From Nemertoderma westbladi (lineage: Eukaryota; Animalia; Xenacoelomorpha), in the NCBI GenBank assembly GCA_032718475.1, contig JAUCBJ010008236.1:1-58623 (forward strand): 58,623 bases of DNA. Direction: 5' to 3'. The notes under the pieces were generated by a model. The model was given only the letters and a program-made list of their open reading frames with translations. It was not told the origin of the DNA and made no database searches. A program made the translations under genes and the position numbers. Within the stretch, counting starts at the first letter, position 1, and each line of letters starts with the position of its first letter. Below are positions 38,176 to 46,400 of this stretch, in pieces.

Positions 38176-38970
38176 TTATTGGCGTTTCAAAATTAATGTC
38201 GCAATTACAGTACCATTATTAAACTTTATGAATTCATCTCGATCATTTTTTAACTGTATATTTATTGTTTCTATATTTTGCATATCAATGGATTTATAAT
38301 TAATATTTGTGAATTCATGATGAACAAGCTTACCATAATCTCCTTGATAAGGAATAGATCTTAAGTGGGGTTTCAGTTGATTTCCAACAATCTCATTTCC
38401 GCAAATATTTGAAAATATACTAATGTTTCCCATAAAAACATTTGCTGCTTTTTGAATATGTAATATATCAGAATCACCCTCTATTTCCCCCCTTCGCGTT
38501 ATTTGTAGATAATCATTTTTTAGGCTAACAAGAAATTTATTTTTATTAACATAATACTCATTTTCTAATCCCCGCAATCCAAGTAACTCAATCAACTTAT
38601 TTCCATAAAAACGAACAACTTTACTTTCGTCGATAAACTGAATACTAATGTTGTCATAAAGCTCATTTTGTCTTATTTCTAAATGGGAATTGAGACCATC
38701 TATATTTAGCTGTGTAAGCAACGCCTCCACATTAGTATAGCAACCAGATGGTATTATATATTTTCTTTTAGTTCCTTGTAAACTCCGAATATAAATGAAT
38801 GTATCTTCTAAATTATGAACCGAGGAGAGGTAAACAAATTCTGACAAACCCACCATCCACTTTCCACTAAAACGCAATGGTTCAGATAGTTCCACATTAA
38901 AGTTAGAAGGTTGATTTAATGGAAATCGTTTAGGTGAAGAATTCGAGGGTAAATATAATATTTTCTCCAT
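38176..38970 (-). CDS. Minor capsid (penton-like) protein 2
   Basis: LPSNSS..FP.N..SNF.VEL..PL...GKW.VGLSE at the N-terminus and INIQLKN...IKF..GTVIATL at the C-terminus. Confidence 0.85.
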   Translation of the reverse strand: MEKILYLPSNSSPKRFPLNQPSNFNVELSEPLRFSGKWMVGLSEFVYLSSVHNLEDTFIYIRSLQGTKRKYIIPSGCYTNVEALLTQLNIDGLNSHLEIRQNELYDNISIQFIDESKVVRFYGNKLIELLGLRGLENEYYVNKNKFLVSLKNDYLQITRRGEIEGDSDILHIQKAANVFMGNISIFSNICGNEIVGNQLKPHLRSIPYQGDYGKLVHHEFTNINYKSIDMQNIETINIQLKNDRDEFIKFNNGTVIATLILKRQ

Positions 38971-39797
38971 TATGACTTACTTTTTAAGTGTAGGGTAATT
39001 ATTGTTGCACCTCCATTAAATAATATTAGTTCTCCTTTTTCGTTGCGTAATTCAATATTTATCTGATTAACAACTGTTCTAGCAACTGGTCTGTAATAAA
39101 TTTTTTTAAATTCGCGTGTTATAACTTTATTATGCTCAAGTTCGAGAGGTACCGTGCGTAATAACGGTGCCGTCGTATTTCCTACAGTCACATGAGAAGT
39201 AATGTCACTATAGATAAACAAATTATGTCGCCCCAAGACTAAATCGCAAGAAAAGGGACAAATCCCTCTAAATTGAGCACGCTGGCCCGGTTGCTGTTTG
39301 AATGTTAAAGAACCAAATTCACAAACATTTACACTCCAATAATCATACCAATTAGCTAGATAAGGTACATCCCTCGGATCATAATCCTGCGTAAACTCCT
39401 CAAAACCGAGTATTGTAATCAAATCTCCAGTAATTTCAAAAGAAAAGTGTTGCGAAGTAGCGAGCTCGATTTTATTTGAGTATTTGAAATATTGAATTTG
39501 GGGCCACTTCGGGTGATCAATTTGTTGATTGATTTTATTAATAATGGCTTCTACACTCGTATATAGTCCTGGTTCAAATATAACAACTTGCGATGTCCTA
39601 TCTCCATAATAAATTGTAAACAGAGATTGTTGACGTATATTATAGAATGAGGAACAGTATTGAATTTCAGATAGTCCCACTTCTACATCACCACTGAGAT
39701 TGATTGTATAGGGTAGATCAACCGTAAATTTCGAAAGGGTGTTATCAGGAAATTTGTTTGTAGGTCCATTTGAGAATAAAGTTATATAGTTATTCAT
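38970..39797 (-). CDS. Minor capsid (penton-like) protein 1
   Basis: FPDNTLSKFTVDLP..INLSG.VEVGLSEIQY, LFIYSDI..VGNT.APLLR, INIELRNEKGELI.F. Confidence 0.9.
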   Translation of the reverse strand: MNNYITLFSNGPTNKFPDNTLSKFTVDLPYTINLSGDVEVGLSEIQYCSSFYNIRQQSLFTIYYGDRTSQVVIFEPGLYTSVEAIINKINQQIDHPKWPQIQYFKYSNKIELATSQHFSFEITGDLITILGFEEFTQDYDPRDVPYLANWYDYWSVNVCEFGSLTFKQQPGQRAQFRGICPFSCDLVLGRHNLFIYSDITSHVTVGNTTAPLLRTVPLELEHNKVITREFKKIYYRPVARTVVNQINIELRNEKGELILFNGGATIITLHLKSKS

Positions 39798-39806
39798 TTT
39801 GTTGAT

Positions 39807-40886
39807 TTATTTACGTAGTTGAGACTCGCTCAACCAAGAGTTCCGTTTATAGTTTTTAAATTTTACAAGGAATTCCTTCCGACCGTTTTTTATTCGAGAC
39901 TTCAAAATGGACTCGATTGGCTGAATATCAGTTGTTTGTGTAACCTTTTGCAATTCGTGAGGGTAAAATGTTCCTTCTATTTCTCTATCAACTGAATCTA
40001 TTATATGATACATAGGCTGAGGAAAACGATCTAGTCTTATACGTTTTACAGTAAACACCTCTCCGGTCCAATTTTTTGTATAACCTTTTTCAAACGCCGT
40101 TTTAGCTATATTAAGTCGCACATTGTCACCTATTCTCAATTTGGGTTTTGTTACAATGATTTTAGCTAAATTTCCATAGAGGTTTCTTCTCACGTTATCT
40201 TCATTCAACTTATTGACTTGAATTGGGGGCATTCCAATAGATCTATGTAAAGAATTATTATAAGAGTATACAATTTTTGGTAGAATAGCAAGCCACTTAT
40301 GGTTACCTCTTCTACTAAAAATTTTATACATCTTTGTCTTTATCGTTCTATTATACCTTTCGCAAATGGCTGCTTTGAACTGCGATCGTGTTGTATAATA
40401 TTTAACTTTTTTCATTTTCAAGTAATTGAGTACAACTTTATTGTCGAATTCCAACCCTTGATCTGTACATAAATTACGTGGTACTTCTTCAGTAAAAATA
40501 GACTGTAGTGCATGTTTAATTTCAATACCAGTCTTCCGTTTCAATGGTAATGCCCATCCCTTCTTACTAAAACAGTTGATTGCGGTTAGAATATATCCAT
40601 AACCTGAGTTTGTTGCGCGATATTTTTGCATATCTATTAAATCTGCCTGAATGGTGTCACTAATTCCATAAAAATACATTCGGCTTGTGGGAAACAGACG
40701 CCTCGCTGGGGCATGCAATGTGTAGGTCGGCTGACTTTGAAGCCATCTTTTCACGAGTTTTGGATTGACTCCCGTCTCTTTTGCTAGCTTTCCTACAGTG
40801 GAAAACCCTGCAACACTTGAAGGATTGTAGTAAGCTTTGGCTAAGCGTTTTTCTACCATCTTGTTGATCATAACCATAGGTAACAC
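39807..40886 (-). CDS. Retroviral-like (rve) integrase with C-terminal chromodomain-like region
   Basis: DDE residues in QADLIDM, CTDQGLEF and AICERYNRTIK; FEKGYTKNWT; IESILKSR...EFLVKFKNY..NSW. Consistent with the 6-bp TSD. Confidence 0.95.
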   Translation of the reverse strand: MLPMVMINKMVEKRLAKAYYNPSSVAGFSTVGKLAKETGVNPKLVKRWLQSQPTYTLHAPARRLFPTSRMYFYGISDTIQADLIDMQKYRATNSGYGYILTAINCFSKKGWALPLKRKTGIEIKHALQSIFTEEVPRNLCTDQGLEFDNKVVLNYLKMKKVKYYTTRSQFKAAICERYNRTIKTKMYKIFSRRGNHKWLAILPKIVYSYNNSLHRSIGMPPIQVNKLNEDNVRRNLYGNLAKIIVTKPKLRIGDNVRLNIAKTAFEKGYTKNWTGEVFTVKRIRLDRFPQPMYHIIDSVDREIEGTFYPHELQKVTQTTDIQPIESILKSRIKNGRKEFLVKFKNYKRNSWLSESQLRK

Positions 40887-40946
40887 TGCTAGAATTGCAT
40901 AGACAACGAAAATTGCAAGTTACTGAAAGTTTTTTTAACCAAGACA

Positions 40947-41129
40947 TTATTTTCGCGATTTGCGGCGCGTATAATCAAACAGTTTCAACACTTTTCTTCT
41001 ATCGTTTATTGTCCGTTTATTTTGAGCTTTTTTCTTTGTTTCTTTAATTAAAGGTTTAGTTTTCAACTGTGTTGGTTGCAACCTAGCATGTTGTTCGGGG
41101 GTTATTAAATATAGTTTCTTGAATGACAT
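40947..41129 (-). CDS. Small basic Polinton protein, 60 aa
   Basis: ATG start, packed 2 nt after the upstream gene; MSFKKLYLITPE resembles the N-terminus of small ORFs preceding Polinton integrases. Confidence 0.55.
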   Translation of the reverse strand: MSFKKLYLITPEQHARLQPTQLKTKPLIKETKKKAQNKRTINDRRKVLKLFDYTRRKSRK

Positions 41130-41131
41130 GG

Positions 41132-41473
41132 CTATGTTAACGCTGTGGCAACAGTTGTGGCAATGTTTGTGGCGCCTATCAACAGTGGCAAAATAAGTGG
41201 AAGGAACCCCCCAGCCTGAGAGAGAGAACGTCTTTGAAGTGAAACTGAATTTTTCGATTTCAATCGTCTCATATATTTCTTATATGGCTTCAATTTTTTA
41301 ACAATCTTTCCATCAATATTTATATTCCCATAGAGCGTATTCAGTGTAATATTAACGAGAAGTCGTATTAATTCGCTACTAGCCTTTTTTCGAATAAATG
41401 CCCCTCGCGCTAATGCGTTGCTATTTTTCAAAAATTCTAGTTCTTTCCTATACTTTCGTATATTAAGTTCCAT
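41132..41473 (-). CDS. Polinton core protein (adenovirus pX/Mu-like), 113 aa
   Basis: Basic body with NTLYGNI..LKPYK, then QAGG/FLPLILPLL hydrophobic tail (adenain-type cleavage site). Confidence 0.8.
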   Translation of the reverse strand: MELNIRKYRKELEFLKNSNALARGAFIRKKASSELIRLLVNITLNTLYGNINIDGKIVKKLKPYKKYMRRLKSKNSVSLQRRSLSQAGGFLPLILPLLIGATNIATTVATALT

Positions 41474-41587
41474 ACTTGTTCTATAATATTAAGAAATTTA
41501 AGAAACCTTTGTCGATGATAAACCACAAATAAGTATAATATAACTAAATAACAGACAATTGCTAATAGAAGCATTCTTCTACGTATA

Positions 41588-42214
41588 TTACGACACGGGT
41601 TGATAAACACAATGTTCATTTGTAAATAAATAACCACGTATGCGTAGGCTATCATTCGTTAATTGATGAAAATCAATAAGAAGTGGGTTAAAGGGAACCT
41701 TTGTTGCGTCTTGAAATGCCGCGATTAAGAATTTGGGTGTATTTGGTTTCATCTGATAGGCTAAAGTTCTTATCTGTGTCTGATCCCTCGGATTTTTGAA
41801 CAATAAGAAATAAGTGGAATTAATGGACCGGGTCCTAGATTCTCCTCCTTTTTGATAAAGGTTTTGAGTGAGAAAAATTACCAATGAATTTGTATGTCGA
41901 GCTACTTTAGTAAATAGCGTAGTCGCTTGTTTGGAATTTTGTAGTTCTGTCATCAAATCGTCGATTATAATGATAGAATGGTTTTTCACATTTTCATTAA
42001 AGTGTTCTGGAATTTCATTTAAAGCGGTAATATTAACCCCTTTAATTATTGGTTTCGTCTGTCCATAAAACCAAGTAATACTGTTTGGAGTTTCGTTAAA
42101 GATCAATTTCCTATTTAATAACATTTTCTCCAAGAAAGAAGTTTTTCCACTACCACTAGGACCGGCTATTAATATTGTACTTCCAAAACGAAACCGCATA
42201 TCTACTATATCCAT
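41588..42214 (-). CDS. A32/FtsK-like DNA packaging ATPase
   Basis: Walker A GPSGSGKT, Walker B IIIIDD, ARH, LTQNLY, FKNPRD. Confidence 0.95.
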   Translation of the reverse strand: MDIVDMRFRFGSTILIAGPSGSGKTSFLEKMLLNRKLIFNETPNSITWFYGQTKPIIKGVNITALNEIPEHFNENVKNHSIIIIDDLMTELQNSKQATTLFTKVARHTNSLVIFLTQNLYQKGGESRTRSINSTYFLLFKNPRDQTQIRTLAYQMKPNTPKFLIAAFQDATKVPFNPLLIDFHQLTNDSLRIRGYLFTNEHCVYQPVS

Positions 42215-42574
42215 CGTGTTTTCCTTTTATAACACAATTATTATTATATTTATTAAAATAATAATTGAATTTTAACGTTTATACAGTATAATATGAAACT
42301 AATGTTCGTGTCACAAATGCATGCCATCTAGCGGCTTTAGTAAATATTTAAATTTATATAATGAATTCACCAGTTTAACAACTAATCACTCAATGGAGAA
42401 CAAGCGCAGTAAACCTTGGCCTTACGGATATTTTGGGAGGGGTTTGGTGAGGAGAGGTGGGTTCCCATTACTTGTTCTCAAGGTAAGATGTTATTAATAA
42501 TATAATTCAATATATTTTTTACATAAATTTAATAAAACTATATGTTACATGAATATATAGAACCACATGCAGTA

Positions 42575-42831
42575 TAATCACATAAATATATAAAACCACA
42601 CATACAGTATAATAACATGTAGTATATTGAGAGATAATATAATCACATAAATATATAAAACCGCACATACAGTATAATGACATGTAGTATATTGAGAGAT
42701 AATATAATCACATAAATATATAAAACCGCATATACAGTATAATGACATGTAGTATATTGAGAGATAATATAATCACATAAATATATAAAACCGCATATAC
42801 AGTATAATGACGTAGTATATTGAGAGATAAT
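42575..42831. repeat. 65-bp tandem repeat, 4 copies, inside the Polinton
   Basis: TAATCACATAAATATATAAAACCGCATATACAGTATAATGACATGTAGTATATTGAGAGATAATA recurs with period 65. Confidence 0.92.
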
Positions 42832-42839
42832 TTTACTTA

Positions 42840-43364
42840 TTAATTCAATAAACTAAATAATATAATGAGAGCTTCTTCAAAATCACCAACAGGACACATA
42901 CTTATAACTTTCATAGAGTGAAAGACACTGAAATAACATCGCCCAATATACAATCGAATTCCACAAAAGAGCTCCGGCGTAAAATCAATATATACCTTTA
43001 CATTGTTTACAAAATGATGTCCACACTTTTTACTTAATGATTTAAAATTAAGAGATGGTAACTTAATTAGTCTGGTCACTGTATTTAAATTAATTTTCTT
43101 AATTAGTATGTTGGTACATTGTTTCAGATAAAGTAAATCATTACAAATATTTTTACATGGACCCACTATTGTTATTGAACCAGTTGGGAATAGCATAATT
43201 GTCGCAGATCCAGTCTTATACACAAACATTTTTGGTTTTTGCCGCATCTCACCTTTTAGTTGTTGAGAAACTTTGATTATATCAATTGGAAATTCAGTTT
43301 GAGCTGTATATTGGCGATTGATTATTTGAATTGGTATTGATCCGCTGCTTGCTTTGTATGGCAT
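42840..43364 (-). CDS. Divergent TATA-binding protein (TBP)-like protein, 174 aa
   Basis: Two-repeat TBP core pattern: FPIDIIKV ~ FPIRLEGL; ATIMLFPTGSITIVG ~ TTALIFSSGKMVCTG; FTPELFCGI ~ YEPELFPGL; SVFHSMKV ~ LIFVSGKV; FEEALIILFSLL ~ IYEAFENIYPIL. The length matches a TBP core. ATG at 43364 (the track start at 43376 is TTG). Confidence 0.8.
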   Translation of the reverse strand: MPYKASSGSIPIQIINRQYTAQTEFPIDIIKVSQQLKGEMRQKPKMFVYKTGSATIMLFPTGSITIVGPCKNICNDLLYLKQCTNILIKKINLNTVTRLIKLPSLNFKSLSKKCGHHFVNNVKVYIDFTPELFCGIRLYIGRCYFSVFHSMKVISMCPVGDFEEALIILFSLLN

Positions 43365-43491
43365 TTTATTCTGCAACTAAATAAGGTGGTATTACAGTTT
43401 TTTTTTGTTGGTTTAGTTAACCCCGTAATATAGTGGCCATATGGTCTACTGTAATATTTCGTCATCCAGAATGATTTTGTATCCCAGAGAC

Positions 43492-46400
43492 TTAATATGT
43501 TTTTTTTTTTATTCTCCCTGTAAACATTTGATGCTCCCTAGAAGTAAATATTGTATTGTTTGTGTAATCTGTTGATTCGTTGATAAAACAGTCTAAATAG
43601 TGTTTATGTGTTAATTGCTTGGCTACAATATTTTTTGAAATTCCTTTGCAAGTCCGCTTTGGTTGCGCATCGTATGCCTCGAATGAATACATTTTCGGTT
43701 TTAAAAATACAAATGATCTGTATAATAGACCTCTACTTTCATCTTTCAAAAAACCTAAGGAAGCCTTGTTTTGATTGGTAAAGAGTGGGTGTGAGGGGTC
43801 GTAATTTGAAGTGTCTAGAAAGCCGGAGTTAAACATGGCTTCTAGGAATATTTTGTGCTCAACACCGGTAACCGAAAGAAAGAAACTGTCTGTGTCTCCG
43901 GCTAAGGCTCGAATTTCACATCTCAGCTTTTCTTCGAGAGGTTTCAGTTTACAGTAATAGTAATCATACATCTCTAGCTTTGAAAGATCTAAGATGGTTG
44001 CTCCAATAAATACAGCTTGATTGAGTACTGCTACTTCTTTAGTAAAAGTGTGACCACTGAGATAGGGGGAGAATGAGATGAAGCGCTCATGATTTGGTTT
44101 TGATAATAGTAGATCGCACTGTTCTGGAGATGTACAGAGTCGGAATGATAGCCGGTCTCGTACCTTCTGAAGACTTTTCCCATAGAGTGAGTTGTTGAGT
44201 AGTTTATAAAATAAAACTTCGAATGCATTTTTAGCGGATTGTCGTTTGGATGTATTAAACGAGATATAGTCTCTGAATATGTATTTTTGAGTGAATGAGT
44301 ATACTTTATGCACCTGTGTTATTTGAAGTCCTAATTTTAAGTATAATTGGAGTAATTTTATATGAATACCATAATTAGTTTTTTTGAATTGATGAAGAAT
44401 CAGTTTACTATATTTCTCATTATATTGCTTATAAGTGCCTTGATCATTGAGATTATAATGTTGCCAGAGGTCTTGCATGTATGTACTAAGAAAGCTCTTG
44501 GGAATGGACATTTTTTCCGCTCCTAGTGGTAGGTCGGCAGTTTCGTCGTGGATCTCTCGGGGGTATTCGAGGTCAACGATACAGTAATACCCCACTGACC
44601 AAGTGGCATCAACTGTAGCCAGATCTATTGGTGTATCGACGATTTTCATATTACTGCAGGGGAGCTTCTGAGAGAGAGCAGAACCATAAAGGTTATTTGC
44701 ATCGAGAGGAATTAGGTATTTTTCTGGTTTACAGGGGTTGTATTCTGGTTTGCCAGGTATATTAGCTTCCTCTAAGTGTGTATTCAGAAATACAAGCCCT
44801 CCACGAATATTATTTTCAAAATCTGCGTAAATAGTTCCATCAGATAGTAGTTCAATTTCACTGTTTGTAAATTTCAATGCTGCATCGTACGTTAACCCCG
44901 GTGAAGTATAATAATGCAGAGGATCTAACCCATAATTGGAGAAACATAGTTCCCTAAACTGTTGGAAAGTATCCGCGAGAAGTGTGACATCTAGAGCCAA
45001 GTATCCCATCATATAATCAAATATATTTTGACATTGAAGCTCAACCCAACTAGTTTGGGCACGCTGATAGTTATGCTCGCTACAGTCTTCAAGCTGTAAA
45101 TCGTTATAGAAACTCTCGATTGGTGGTAATTGAGTTTCGTATAAGTTTGTTATGGATTGTATATAGCTATAAGGAAATATACCTTTATTTTTAATAGTGG
45201 AATCGCTAATATTGGGATAAAGATTTTTCATTTGTTTCAAAGTGTGTGGGATAGCTTTTGTTAGATCAGAATTGTTTGCAGTAAGATAACTACTGAGCTT
45301 ATCTAGACTAGCTGTCATGAACTGCAGAGAGTCTAGAAGATTGATGACAATACTTTCTTTCGCATTTGCTGTCTGCATGGTTTTGTCTATGGGAAATGAT
45401 ATTTCTATACTGATATAAGTCTCAGTGTTCTTTGGAATTACGTTTATCTTCCAATGAGTTCTAGAACTGTTTTTCAGACCTTCTTTTAATATTAAATGGG
45501 AATCGTAATGCCTCAGGTTGTGTAGCACTACATAAAATTTATTGCGTTTAAGAGAAAGTTTGCGGTTACAACTAACACATGCCGCCCCACGATAGGCTCC
45601 CGTTAGATGGTTGTGGTCACAAACTTTAGTATTGAGATTTTCTGCTAGATTCAGTCCATGTGAATCGGGGGTTAGAGAACAGTTACAAGTGTAACAGTTT
45701 GTAGCATTATCAAAATTTTGTTGCTGTGCTCGAGTCAAATGTTTAGGAACGTTGGTGTTTGTACCAGAAATAGTCCACTCGTACAATTCCCTACAGTGCG
45801 ATTCGAGAGCAGTGAGAAAATCGTCTATAACATGGTTTGTTCCAGTGTCTCTAAACATTTGTAATGATGTTTGCGGGGGATTTATTAGCTCGCAATTGGG
45901 TACTGTATAAAATGCGGCGGCGCTAGCAATGTGCTTTTGAACTAATTTAGGGTTTGATGTAGGTTCTAAAACGCTTTCAATATCGGCATATATGCAAAAG
46001 GGAGGGGATAATGTTTTATCTAATCGATTGAATTTAATTTTTAATTTGTCAGGTGTAGGCATTTGTTCCAATTGTCGTTTGCTCGTGTAACATAGTTCCC
46101 GATGAGTTTGCAATGAGTTAATAGTATAAAAAGCTCTCAGACAACGCTCACAAATTGATTTGGTCCCTTGTCCTGATTTATTAATAAGTCTATTTAAGTT
46201 GACAATTGCGCAGTAATGTCCTGGATTGTTTTGATTACCTTCTATAAACATTAAATTTAAAACAGTTTTTTGGAAGCAATGTTCTGGATCTGGTTGTGAT
46301 AGAATGCTCAATATGTTATCAGTACTCCAAAATAATAAATTAATGCAGTACAAAGGGTTGGTTTCTAAAAAACGTGGGATGCCTATTACTCTATCTACTG

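Noticed and set aside
40660-40947. 95-aa ORF overlapping the integrase start
   Set aside because: Mostly overlaps the integrase in another frame with no recognisable motif; not supportable, although its ATG overlaps the upstream stop codon.
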